In this document: one piece after another, positions 18,342-26,981 of the stretch
How the letters are laid out: every line of letters starts with the position of its first letter
Numbering within the stretch: the first letter of the stretch is position 1
UHGV virus genome: UHGV-0356621
Reading direction: 5' to 3' (one strand)
DNA length: 43,895 nt
From: a virus
The notes under the pieces: model-generated
Told to the model about the DNA's origin: nothing
Database searches by the model: none
Seen by the model: only the letters and a program-made list of their open reading frames with translations
Position numbers and translations under genes: made by a program

Positions 18342-19574
18342 TTATCCTTTGCGGTTAGACCAGAAGTCGGCGTTTTGTTTGTTCAGGGAAGCGATGCTGG
18401 TCATGCCCATATTTGGACGTTGTGCATCGCCCGTGGTGCTGCGGGTGTTTCGCCCTTTGGCAATCTCTGACACGGCGTTAAACGCCATATCTACCGATTG
18501 CTTGGGCAATTTGCGGATATCCGCATCACCGACAACCTGGCGAACCAGTGTTTTGTCAGCGGCGGACAGCACATCACGTTTGAACGCGGTCGGTTTCACC
18601 TTACGGCTCAGATCGATACCCGGAACGATAACTTCGGCACGATAAGCAGCGTCACCGGTAATCGTGGTTTCCTCTTCGTCGTCCTCACCGTCGCCGGTAG
18701 GGTCTTTGTTATCTTTGCCGTCAGGCTTATCGTCGTTATCGCCCGTTGCAGTACCTTCCAGCTTAGCCAGCAGGGCTTTGAGCAAGGTTTTGATATCGTC
18801 CTCGCCGTCGCCGGTTGGCTCTCCGCCCATTTCCGGCTTTTTGTCCGGCAATGGTTGCTGCGGTGAAAGGTTAATGTTGAGGTTAACGCCGCTCGGCAGA
18901 TCCACTTCGTCACCCGTTACCGCCGCTGGCGCAGAGTCCAGCAGTTCGTTCATGGTGTCAGCATCACCCGTTTTGATGGCCGTGCGCATGCGGGTCCACC
19001 AGCTTTTCTTTTGATTTGCCATTGTGTCTCTGTCTCCAATTGCACAACGATTTCCGGCTCTGCCTTTAGGGACAAGAGCCACATGGTTTCCGGTAATATC
19101 GACCTGCTCGGCTTTTCCGGGTTCGGTCTGCTTGTACTCAGCGTCATAGCCGCACGACACTTCGCGCAGACCATCTTCGATAAGCTGAATGGCGCTTTCG
19201 TCTTTGACGATAAGATCAGCCAGCATCAAATCAGACTGGTCACCAGTCCCGCGCCGCACGTTCTGAAGATGCCCGACAGCAAGCTCTTTCCAGTTCTCGG
19301 GATTTACCAGCCGCACATTCCCGTTTTCATCTTCAGGATGCAGGATCGTGATGCTCATCCCTTCGAATGAGGCGAGCGTGGCCGGATGGAATACCTGCTC
19401 AGGAGAGCGCGTTACGACTATCTCACCGAGCTTGTCGGGTTTGAGGTTTGGCAGATCGGCAGCGCCGTAGAGCTGTTTACCCGTTCGACCTATCGGCACG
19501 TCTTTGCACAGCAGCGAGCCGTCAGCCAGCTGATAACGGGTTTCCCCCAGCCGGGTATTGAAAAAATATTTCAT
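18342..19574 (-). CDS. Putative capsid scaffolding / prohead protease protein
   Basis: 410 aa with an acidic low-complexity central region (GDGEDD, DNDDKPDGKDNKD) typical of scaffolds; between the head morphogenesis and capsid genes. Confidence 0.45.
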   Translation of the reverse strand: MKYFFNTRLGETRYQLADGSLLCKDVPIGRTGKQLYGAADLPNLKPDKLGEIVVTRSPEQVFHPATLASFEGMSITILHPEDENGNVRLVNPENWKELAVGHLQNVRRGTGDQSDLMLADLIVKDESAIQLIEDGLREVSCGYDAEYKQTEPGKAEQVDITGNHVALVPKGRAGNRCAIGDRDTMANQKKSWWTRMRTAIKTGDADTMNELLDSAPAAVTGDEVDLPSGVNLNINLSPQQPLPDKKPEMGGEPTGDGEDDIKTLLKALLAKLEGTATGDNDDKPDGKDNKDPTGDGEDDEEETTITGDAAYRAEVIVPGIDLSRKVKPTAFKRDVLSAADKTLVRQVVGDADIRKLPKQSVDMAFNAVSEIAKGRNTRSTTGDAQRPNMGMTSIASLNKQNADFWSNRKG

Positions 19575-19588
19575 GGTTTACCTGCGAT

Positions 19589-20362
19589 TCAGGCGAGATA
19601 AGAATGAGGGTTGGGGAAGACGATTTCTTTGTAACAGCGGCAGTTCGGGAGCTCGCCAGCGTGACCGGTCATGCCGTCAAGCGTTGGAGGTCGGCCCCAT
19701 TCGACAAACTTCCCTTCCATCTCTCGATGAGAATGCCGGACGTCGCCATCTTCGACTGTACGCCAGATATAACCATTCGAGCCGATTGACAGCGCACGCG
19801 CCTGATCCAGCGCGCCGGTTGCGCGTCCAAGCTCGGTACGGGCAATAAGGTTCGCTCGTGAGCGTGACACGTCACCGGAAGCAGCTATCTCTTTCGCGAA
19901 TGGCTCAGCGCGGCCACCAGTTACTACAGCCTCGATGGCCTTGTTCTGAATGTCATACACCCGATCGGCGGCCTCAAGAGGCAGAGATTTGATGTACTTA
20001 ATTTGCTCGGCGACGATGGATTTCATCACCTGGCCTACCGGGGCGCGGTCGACCATGTTGCGTAGTTCTGCGCTGATGTTCCGACTGTGCTGACGCCACT
20101 GCTTTTCATTCTGGCGCGCAATGTCGGCGGTGAAGCTCTCAGCAACCTTAGTCGCCCAGGGGGTGATGATTTCGCTGTAGCGCTCCAGCGCATCCATTAT
20201 TTCGGTGACGCTATCGTTTGAACCATCGTAGCGCCCATTTACGATATCCCCGACCGCCCGCGCTATCTGCCGTAGGCTCGTTCGATATCGGATCTCCGCC
20301 TGTCGGCTCTGGCGGTTTGTCGCCAAGTTCGCCGATGCCTGGCGGCGCTTCGTCTTCGGCAT
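19589..20362 (-). CDS. Head morphogenesis protein (Mu F / SPP1 gp7-like minor head protein)
   Basis: 257 aa following the portal, as in Mu gpF; ATG at 20362 with GAGGA RBS; overlaps the portal ORF end by about 150 bp. Confidence 0.55.
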   Translation of the reverse strand: MPKTKRRQASANLATNRQSRQAEIRYRTSLRQIARAVGDIVNGRYDGSNDSVTEIMDALERYSEIITPWATKVAESFTADIARQNEKQWRQHSRNISAELRNMVDRAPVGQVMKSIVAEQIKYIKSLPLEAADRVYDIQNKAIEAVVTGGRAEPFAKEIAASGDVSRSRANLIARTELGRATGALDQARALSIGSNGYIWRTVEDGDVRHSHREMEGKFVEWGRPPTLDGMTGHAGELPNCRCYKEIVFPNPHSYLA

Positions 20363-21680
20363 TCTCGATATCCTCGTCGGTAATGGATGCCCCGATACCG
20401 GTGACGTCAGAGTTTTCGCGCAGGTCGGTCATCGCCGCCTTACGCGTCATCAATCCGTCGCCCAGCGCGGTGCTGATCGCGTTGGTGGTGTTTACGGCCA
20501 CCGTTGAGCGGTCAACGTCAGACATTTGCCATAGCGGGTTAAACTCAAACGTGAAATCGTCCGGCAGCGGCTTACCGAGTTCCGAGCGGTGCATAATGTC
20601 CAGTATCCGGCGCATCGGCAGCCGTAAGCGGCGCTCCTGCAATGAGCTCACCCGGTCGTAATAGTTGGCGAGGTCTGCGTCACCAGTAGAGAAGCCTTTC
20701 GGGGATTGACCGAACAGGCGCACCAGCGGGATACCAACGGCACCGCTGATCTGCTCAGCGAACTGCGAAAGAATGTCATCCAGACCGCTGAAGCTGTACT
20801 GGTGGGTTTCGAACTTATCCCGCGAGTCCATGAGCGTCATACCTTCATTGCTCTGGAACTGGCGGATCAGGTCGATGTTCTTCAGCAGCGCCTCGAACGC
20901 CGGGCCGCCAAGCGCGATAAGCTCGCGCAGCTTCTCCACGCTGTAGGTGCGCAGATGCGCTTTGTAGACCAGCTGCGCCGCGCCGACAGTGGCGCTGTCG
21001 AACGCAGTAAGCCGATCCCAGATACGCTCTACAACCGACATTCCCCATTCGTTTTCGGTCATCTTCTGCTGGAATGGCAGCGTCACCCCGTCGAAGCGAA
21101 TCAGGCGGCTGTGATGGATGCGCCAGGCCGGGATGCCCGTTGCAGTGGTCACCACGTCGTAAAACTCAGGTTTGCCGAGATCTGGCCCCATCTCTTTAAT
21201 GCGGCGGGTCAGGACCGGGTTAATCATCCAGCGGTCGAGCGGGAGAATGCCCTTAAACTTGCCTTCTCCAATGGTTTCGAGCCGCAACGGGGTCATTGGT
21301 GCCTGCCCCTCAATCATGATGAAGCCGACCGCGCCGCCGTAGAGACGCGACCATTTCAGCACGTCGTTCAGCGCATCCCAGATCTGCAACTCATCCAGCT
21401 GCGCTTCGAGGGTGCCACGGCCTTTCGCGTCAATCTCCGAAGTGATGCGAATGCCTTTCCGGGTCATATCGTCCGGGATGGCGTCGACCGCTTCGCCAAT
21501 AACCCACGATCCGCGATATGACCATTCCACCAGCATGCGGTTGCGGCTGGTGAAGTTCGCCCGGTAGGTTGATGCTGAATGCTGGTTAGGCGTCTGCATC
21601 CCCACGCGGGCGACAAAGTTCTCATAGCCATCAGCGGTGGCCTGCGCCGTTCGCTGAGAGGCTTGCTTGTTTCGTGCCAT
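20211..21680 (-). CDS. Portal protein
   Basis: About 490 aa immediately downstream of the large terminase with an ATGA overlap; GGGAGG RBS before the ATG at 21680 (track start 21707 is TTG). Confidence 0.75.
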   Translation of the reverse strand: MARNKQASQRTAQATADGYENFVARVGMQTPNQHSASTYRANFTSRNRMLVEWSYRGSWVIGEAVDAIPDDMTRKGIRITSEIDAKGRGTLEAQLDELQIWDALNDVLKWSRLYGGAVGFIMIEGQAPMTPLRLETIGEGKFKGILPLDRWMINPVLTRRIKEMGPDLGKPEFYDVVTTATGIPAWRIHHSRLIRFDGVTLPFQQKMTENEWGMSVVERIWDRLTAFDSATVGAAQLVYKAHLRTYSVEKLRELIALGGPAFEALLKNIDLIRQFQSNEGMTLMDSRDKFETHQYSFSGLDDILSQFAEQISGAVGIPLVRLFGQSPKGFSTGDADLANYYDRVSSLQERRLRLPMRRILDIMHRSELGKPLPDDFTFEFNPLWQMSDVDRSTVAVNTTNAISTALGDGLMTRKAAMTDLRENSDVTGIGASITDEDIENAEDEAPPGIGELGDKPPEPTGGDPISNEPTADSAGGRGYRKWALRWFKR

Positions 21681-23122
21681 CAGGCTTGCCTCCCGAGCAA
21701 TTCCCAAATATCCATTGTTGTATCGGTCGGCGCGAACGCCATTATGAAAGCGTCGGCAATGTTAGGTGAGGGGATATCGCGCTTAGCCAAATCTTTCTTG
21801 CTTTCAACCATAACCCTACCGTTACGATCAAAGTCTCGGTGCGGGGTCGTCAGCTCAAGCTTTAGTTTCTCCAGGTGCGGGCACGATGAATCGATACTTA
21901 TCAACTCATCAACAGGATATTCCTCTCCATTTTTCACCGCGTTGAACGTATTACGAAAGCGATCAGCTACCAGCCACCATGCCTGGGCTTTCAGATTGGC
22001 AAAGAAGTCTTTATTCGGAATGCCGTTATATTCAGAATCTGGCTCGTTCACACCAGCGCCAGCATTGAAGCGTTGATAATTAACTGGTCGTGAATAAGGA
22101 TTTTCACGTCGTCTGTCTTCGTTAATTTCCGAGAATTTAGCACCAGCAGAAGCGCCAACACCAATGGAGTCATAAACGATATCAGCACTTCTCTCTGTGG
22201 CTGCCTGATATGCCCGCTGGCAGCTTTTAAGAAGCTCGTCTTCTTTTGCCTTCCATTCATCAGCCCAATACACAACGGAGCCATGACGATAAACATTGGA
22301 GCACTTATCCGCACCGCTATCGGCAACGTCGAAGCCTATTCGCTTTCGTCCGTTTGGCTCAAAACCAAGCACCTTATGGGCATCTATTGCAGCCTCAATC
22401 CACGAAAGTTTAATAATTGCCGCGTCATCATCAGATTCGGGAACCCCCATATAAACGTGGTCAAACCCCTCCGGATCACGACGCTTTGCAGCCGAGATAA
22501 CCTTAAGCATGGTGTCTGAGAGGAATGGGTTTTCGTCGTAATTGATTTTTCTCACCAACGTATCTTCTGGTGGATCAACAACGAAATTACGCCATACAAA
22601 GTCAGTCACCAGACCAGGGTTAAAAATAAACCAGCATTCAGATCCGCTTTTACGAATGGTTGGTTCCAGTATCTTCCACTGGTATTCCGTTAGTGCATGG
22701 GCTTCTTCAAGCCACAAAACGCTGATACCTTCCAGGGATTTAATTTCTTCGATATTGCGCCATAAACCGTAAAACACGAATTCTGAGCCAGTGACCCGGT
22801 TGATAATTTTATTATTCAGAATTCGGAAGCGATGCCGCAGCCCAAACCGTTCAATCTGTATTTTGAGCAGGGTATAAACCGACTCTTCGATTTTGTTCTG
22901 AATTTGACGTGCGCAACAGAAACGCAGGTTGTATTTATTTGCCAGAAAGACAGCAAACCCAGCAGCATCCCATGACTTTGACGATGAGCGCCCACCAAAA
23001 AGTACTTTATTTCGAGCCTGTGTCGTCCAGAAGTTCCTTAGAGCCGGATTCAGGGTCGGTTTGGATGTCAGAGTAGAAGTCATTAAGGTCACGATCTCCA
23101 TTACCGTCATCAACGCCAGCAT
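21680..23122 (-). CDS. terL: Terminase large subunit
   Basis: Walker A GGRSSSKS near the N-terminus, nuclease-type acidic residues towards the C-terminus, about 480 aa; several candidate ATGs (23122, 23110, 23101, 23083). Confidence 0.85.
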   Translation of the reverse strand: MLALMTVMEIVTLMTSTLTSKPTLNPALRNFWTTQARNKVLFGGRSSSKSWDAAGFAVFLANKYNLRFCCARQIQNKIEESVYTLLKIQIERFGLRHRFRILNNKIINRVTGSEFVFYGLWRNIEEIKSLEGISVLWLEEAHALTEYQWKILEPTIRKSGSECWFIFNPGLVTDFVWRNFVVDPPEDTLVRKINYDENPFLSDTMLKVISAAKRRDPEGFDHVYMGVPESDDDAAIIKLSWIEAAIDAHKVLGFEPNGRKRIGFDVADSGADKCSNVYRHGSVVYWADEWKAKEDELLKSCQRAYQAATERSADIVYDSIGVGASAGAKFSEINEDRRRENPYSRPVNYQRFNAGAGVNEPDSEYNGIPNKDFFANLKAQAWWLVADRFRNTFNAVKNGEEYPVDELISIDSSCPHLEKLKLELTTPHRDFDRNGRVMVESKKDLAKRDIPSPNIADAFIMAFAPTDTTMDIWELLGRQA

Positions 23123-23762
23123 CACGACGAAGGCGATCCGCTTCCAGAGACACTTTGTCAGTGGAGGCGAGCCGATGCTCTATAGATGCCTTTGTGAATT
23201 CCAGCGACTCAATGCGGGCCGTGTTACGGTGCATGGCCTTTTCAGCAGAGGAAATCAGCGAGTGGAGTTCCTTCGCTTTGTCATCATCGGCCAGCTCCAG
23301 CTCAGCCTGCCAGCGCCCGATATTCTCCGCCGCCGTCAGATTCGCCGCGCGCAGCCAGAACAACTCATCGTCGAGCGTGAGCAGCTTCGCGTCTTCGGTG
23401 ATTGCGTCAGAGAGCAGCATCCTGCGACCGTAGCCGCCGTGCTTCAATGCGTTCTGATTTCCGGGTCTGGAATTATAATGAGCGCGTTTCGTTTCTGGTG
23501 AGTTTGATGGTTTTGCGACTTCGCAGTTATCCACTAAGCCCGCTGGTGGCTTACTCTTTGCCACTTTCTCCTTTTGCGAATTCGCAGTTTTATTCGCACT
23601 TTTCTTTTGCGAATTCGCACTACCATTCGCAATTTTGATATAGCGCTTTGCAGTCGAGTAATTCAGTCCCTGCGCTTCGCACCATTCTTTGGGGGAAATG
23701 CCGGTTTTGGCATGTTCGGACAGGAACCGTTGCTGAAGCTCGCCCCAGTCCGGCTTTGCCAT
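23007..23762 (-). CDS. terS: Terminase small subunit
   Basis: N-terminal HTH (KEWCEAQGLNYSTAKRYI), central NQNALKHGGYG motif seen in small terminase subunits, sits directly upstream of terL; AGAGGAAA RBS. Confidence 0.6.
   Translation of the reverse strand: MAKPDWGELQQRFLSEHAKTGISPKEWCEAQGLNYSTAKRYIKIANGSANSQKKSANKTANSQKEKVAKSKPPAGLVDNCEVAKPSNSPETKRAHYNSRPGNQNALKHGGYGRRMLLSDAITEDAKLLTLDDELFWLRAANLTAAENIGRWQAELELADDDKAKELHSLISSAEKAMHRNTARIESLEFTKASIEHRLASTDKVSLEADRLRRDAGVDDGNGDRDLNDFYSDIQTDPESGSKELLDDTGSK
23565..23640. repeat. Short direct repeats TTGCGAATTCGCA (x2) plus ATTCGCA (x2) inside the 5' part of terS
   Basis: Read directly from the sequence; encodes the repetitive ANSQKKSANKTANSQ segment. 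Confidence 0.7.
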
Positions 23763-23819
23763 GAATATTTCCTCTTAATGACATTATCGAAGCCCCTCAG
23801 TGAAGAGCTTCTGTAATGG

Positions 23820-24077
23820 CTACTTCGTTTTTGCTTCCGCTCTTTTACGGCGGCGCTCTTCTTTCTTCTCGGCGTTTGCCATGTCCATGAATGCCTGCAT
23901 GATCGAGTTCCTCATCATGTAACTGACAAAGTGATGATTGACGCAGCCGTTGAGACGGAGTTGCTCGCCAAACTGATCAACCGAGGCCAGCACTTCCATC
24001 ATGCCCTTCTCGCCTTTCATGAACTCTGAGAAGTCGCGCCCCGCTCTGGAGGCGCATTCAATGACACGATCACTCAT
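23820..24077 (-). CDS. Hypothetical protein
   Basis: 85-aa ORF upstream of terS; ATG verified; ATGA overlap with the KilA-N gene stop. Confidence 0.45.
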   Translation of the reverse strand: MSDRVIECASRAGRDFSEFMKGEKGMMEVLASVDQFGEQLRLNGCVNHHFVSYMMRNSIMQAFMDMANAEKKEERRRKRAEAKTK

Positions 24078-24571
24078 CCCGGAAGCCCGGGGATCGTAAT
24101 CTGCAGCTGGTTAGCCAGGGAGTTAATCTCAGCGACCAACACTGGCTTCGTATAGCGCCATGCCGCCAGCCCTTGTCCGCAGAAACTCGCCATGTCTTTC
24201 TTCTGGTCAAACTCATGACATTTCATGTTGAGCTGCGCACTTAAGCTGTTGCGATGCTGAAGTTCTCCGGTGAAGTAGTCATCGAGGACTTTATAGGCCG
24301 CGTACTTGAACCCGGGGTTTAACCAAGCCGCATAATCGTAAGCAACAAACTTCCCGCCATATGTTCCACCGTGTACACCGCGCTCAGTAAAAACCACAGA
24401 TTCGTGGTTTTTCTCCAGCTCGGCTAAGAACTCTTTGGTCTGCTTGTTTCGCAGGTAGTGGTAAGGCGATTCAGATTCACTTTTGCCACTGGCTTTCCAC
24501 ATATCGGTGAGGCAGATCATGCCGTCTTCCCCGACACGGATTGGTTGATTGAAGAGGGTTAATGATTTCAT
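24074..24571 (-). CDS. KilA-N domain protein
   Basis: N-terminus MKSLTLFNQPIRVGEDGMICLTDMWKASGK fits the KilA-N/APSES-type pattern; ATG at 24571. Confidence 0.5.
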   Translation of the reverse strand: MKSLTLFNQPIRVGEDGMICLTDMWKASGKSESESPYHYLRNKQTKEFLAELEKNHESVVFTERGVHGGTYGGKFVAYDYAAWLNPGFKYAAYKVLDDYFTGELQHRNSLSAQLNMKCHEFDQKKDMASFCGQGLAAWRYTKPVLVAEINSLANQLQITIPGLPG

Positions 24572-24718
24572 TTCGCTGATACCTTTTGGTGGTTGAGCCT
24601 GTTCTCGTAGATACGGGCAGCCCAAGAGCGGTCAGCGTTACCACTGCCCTATCTCAAGCTCTACCCCGAAAGGCTCTTGGTTGATATGCGCACGAGAATG
24701 CGCGTGTTTACTTCAGGC

Positions 24719-24747
24719 ATAAAAAAGCCCCGCTATTGCGAGGCTCT
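24719..24747 (-). terminator. Rho-independent terminator at the end of the lysis cassette
   Basis: Minus strand AGCCTCGC-AATA-GCGGGGCT followed by TTTTTT, overlapping the Rz1 stop. Confidence 0.55.
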
Positions 24748-24996
24748 TGATGATTCGATTTTCCTGATTGCTGCCTTATCCAGATTGCACTGCCCCAGCG
24801 CCGTATAGAGCTGAGTGTTTAACTCCAGACTTGCCTGCCACGTGAACGGAACCGCCATTCCGGGGATCGGCGTGTCAGCTGTCAGGTCAGCGCTTATCGG
24901 CACCACCGGGGCCGGAACGTAAACTGTCTGCGTATTCCCGCAGGCTGTCAGCAGCGGCAGAAGGAACAAGCTGGTTAGCGCACGGATCGCCTTCAA
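24733..24996 (-). CDS. Rz1: o-spanin (Rz1-like outer-membrane lipoprotein), overlapping Rz in another frame
   Basis: Lipoprotein signal ...KAIRALTSLFLLPLLTAC with lipobox; Pro-rich mature part; probable TTG start at 24996 (track start 25080 is GTG). Confidence 0.5.
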   Translation of the reverse strand: MKAIRALTSLFLLPLLTACGNTQTVYVPAPVVPISADLTADTPIPGMAVPFTWQASLELNTQLYTALGQCNLDKAAIRKIESSRASQ

Positions 24997-25273
24997 GCGC
25001 CTGCCTGATGTAGACAATGCGCGTCTCGCCTTTATGGGCCAGTTCGTTCTTTGCATTCTGGGTAGCCTGTGAGATGTCACGGATGAGGTTCATCGTGGTG
25101 ATCACGTTGTTGGTGATCGCCTCTGATTTGTCTGCCCTGACCGTTTCTTTATCGCGCTGGTCTTTGTAGGCGATGGCGTTGTTGCGGTAGTGGTTCACGA
25201 AGAACGCCAGCACGCCGATTAACGCCAGCACCAGCAACTGCATCCAGTAACGTTTAACCAGCGCGCCAATCAT
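24887..25273 (-). CDS. Rz: i-spanin (Rz-like)
   Basis: N-terminal transmembrane segment then VNHYRNNAIAYKDQRDK, matching lambda Rz (VNHYRDNAITYKAQRDK); ATGA overlap with the endolysin stop. Confidence 0.75.
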   Translation of the reverse strand: MIGALVKRYWMQLLVLALIGVLAFFVNHYRNNAIAYKDQRDKETVRADKSEAITNNVITTMNLIRDISQATQNAKNELAHKGETRIVYIRQALEGDPCANQLVPSAAADSLREYADSLRSGPGGADKR

Positions 25274-25710
25274 GACAGGAACAGAGCGCGCTCCGCCTCC
25301 CGGCGACGTGTCAGCCCATTCAGCACCTTCCCACCAGCTTTATTCCAGCGCAGGAACTCATCGGCTGCACCAGCGTAATCACCAGCGTTGAGTTTTCGCA
25401 ATAGCGTAGATGTCGACAATGACCTAGCACCGAGGTTGTACGTGAACGACACCAGAGCATCGAATTGCCCCTGAGTCAGACCGACTTTAACCAGGCGGGA
25501 CACGTCACTTTCGTAGCTGACCAGTCCGGTTTTCAGCAGGCGATCCGCAGTTTCCTGCTTAATCGTCATCCCGGCGCGGATCGGTTTACCGTCGACAGGC
25601 TGAGTCCAGCCATAGCCGATCGTCCACACTCCGACGCTGTCCTGGTAGGCAGTGAGCTTGCAACCTTCGAACTGCTTGATCAGGGCAATGCCTTTATCAC
25701 TGGTTTGCAT
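25270..25710 (-). CDS. R: Endolysin, T4-lysozyme-like (glycoside hydrolase family 24)
   Basis: [28 protein letters not shown] matches the lysozyme catalytic motif; ATG at 25710 with GGGAG RBS (track start 25737 is TTG). Confidence 0.85.
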   Translation of the reverse strand: MQTSDKGIALIKQFEGCKLTAYQDSVGVWTIGYGWTQPVDGKPIRAGMTIKQETADRLLKTGLVSYESDVSRLVKVGLTQGQFDALVSFTYNLGARSLSTSTLLRKLNAGDYAGAADEFLRWNKAGGKVLNGLTRRREAERALFLS

Positions 25711-26017
25711 CGTCAACTCCCGCCTTTTTTGCTGCAAGTTTTTTAATCAGATTGCCGATCGAATCGGTGCCGATGTATCCAATAAAGACGCTGGCTATGT
25801 AGGCGAGGTTGCTGCTCAGGCCGATAAAGTCCAGAAAGTCACGAACGAACCAGGCAATCATCGCGCACATCAGCGCATCAATTAGCGTTTTTGTTACCGC
25901 GCCGCCGTTATAGCGACCACGCAGATACGCCATGATAAAAGCCAGCATTGCACCAATACCCTGCTCCTTGGCGGCAAGTAGCGCAGCGATGAAATCTTGT
26001 TTGTATGGCATTTTCAT
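25697..26017 (-). CDS. S: Holin, lambda S family, with dual-start MKM motif
   Basis: [40 protein letters not shown]... is close to lambda S over about 105 aa; strong GGAGGTGAGG RBS; Met1/Met3 dual start as in lambda holin/antiholin. Confidence 0.9.
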   Translation of the reverse strand: MKMPYKQDFIAALLAAKEQGIGAMLAFIMAYLRGRYNGGAVTKTLIDALMCAMIAWFVRDFLDFIGLSSNLAYIASVFIGYIGTDSIGNLIKKLAAKKAGVDDANQ

Positions 26018-26199
26018 AGGCCTCACCTCCGATTTTCCGGATGGTGCTGTGTGTGTTTGTAGGGGAAAGGCCGTCAGACTCTGATTGCTACATGGCATCT
26101 GAAAATGATATCTGCGGCCTGCAATAAAAAAGCCCACGGCGCGGTGGGCAATAGAGGGTAGTGCGTTGAGCTTTTGCTCTTATGGTCCTGGTAGGTATT

Positions 26200-26274
26200 T
26201 GGCGGGACAGGAAGGATTCGAACCTTCGACCATTCGGTTAACAGCCGAACGCACAACCGCTGTGCTTCTGACCC
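26200..26274 (-). tRNA. tRNA-like gene, putative tRNA-Asn (anticodon GUU), 75 nt with encoded CCA
   Basis: Minus-strand cloverleaf by eye: acceptor GGGTCAG/CTGTCCC (one T:T mismatch), D stem GCAC/GTGC, anticodon stem TTCGG/CCGAA with loop CTGTTAA, T arm GAAGG-TTCGAAT-CCTTC, discriminator G, CCA. Position 8 is A rather than the usual U. Confidence 0.55.
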
Positions 26275-26277
26275 TGA

Positions 26278-26308
26278 AACGAAAAAGCCCCGCACGATGG
26301 CGGGGCTT
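26278..26308 (-). terminator. Rho-independent terminator between Q and the tRNA (candidate tR')
   Basis: Minus strand GCCCCGC-CATCGT-GCGGGGC followed by TTTTTCG. Confidence 0.65.
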
Positions 26309-26371
26309 GGAATTTATTCATGTTACACACAACAATGGCAACATATACGAATTAGTTTGCTCATTTGTTCA

Positions 26372-26869
26372 TTAAATTGCAAGCACGTTGTGTGATTTAT
26401 TTGCAATTTTCCTCACATTTTCGCGATCGTTAAACGCATTTTGAAGCGGTTGGTATAAACAGAACAATGAAGCATTGATTATTTGCTTCACCTCTCTACG
26501 GATTGTCGAGATGCTTGGGTGTTTGTACTGATTGCCGCCACGCGTCTTCATAAGGCGAGGCTTACTTACTGCATGCTGCCATGATGCAATTCGGATCTCG
26601 CTGGAGTTGCAGACGTAGTAGGCGAAGATAACCCGCCAGGCATTTTCATCCACATTCTTCAGATAGTGACGAATGACAGCATCAATGAGCATCCCGTCAT
26701 CATCACTACATACCGGTCGTGATGCTTGCTGGGGCTCGACGGTAGCCATGAATCTGGCAATCATGTTGATCATCGCTTTATCAATCTTGCCGGTCTGGCA
26801 CCATGCGCCCCACAACTGGAGCCACTGGTCTACCCATTGATGCTGGTCGTTGGTTAATTCCAGTTTCAT
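26372..26869 (-). CDS. Q: Late-gene antitermination protein Q (Phage_antitermQ-type)
   Basis: Motifs LWGAWCQTG, VCSDDDGMLID and FAYYVCN resemble the WGAW / CCDDDAM / YY signature of this Q family; located just before terminator, tRNA and lysis genes. Confidence 0.7.
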   Translation of the reverse strand: MKLELTNDQHQWVDQWLQLWGAWCQTGKIDKAMINMIARFMATVEPQQASRPVCSDDDGMLIDAVIRHYLKNVDENAWRVIFAYYVCNSSEIRIASWQHAVSKPRLMKTRGGNQYKHPSISTIRREVKQIINASLFCLYQPLQNAFNDRENVRKIANKSHNVLAI

Positions 26870-26981
26870 TATGCGGCTTCCTTCTGTGGCTGGTTGGTTT
26901 TGGTCTGGCTGTGCTTTGCTACTGGCGGCATGCTGGCGCGCTTAACGCTTTCTGCCTGGTACTGGAGGAGGTCGGCGTGGT

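Noticed and set aside
20706-21521. 271-aa plus-strand ORF (and similar long plus-strand ORFs at 1914-2462, 11096-11596, 13932-14387)
   Set aside because: All lie antisense within well-supported portal, fibre, tape-measure and sheath genes in GC-rich DNA where long spurious frames are expected.
24733-25080. Long N-terminal extension of the Rz1-like ORF (track start 25080)
   Set aside because: The extension would precede the lipoprotein signal by about 30 residues; an internal TTG at 24996 gives a normal signal peptide, so the longer form is unlikely.
26200-26274. tRNA-like gene as the phage integration target (attB remnant)
   Set aside because: It is internal to the phage, complete with CCA, and sits in the usual Q-to-lysis location for phage-encoded tRNAs; the integrase is 17 kb away.
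26074-26295. 73-aa ORF spanning the tRNA-like gene and the terminator
   Set aside because: It is a reading frame through the tRNA and hairpin; no independent support.
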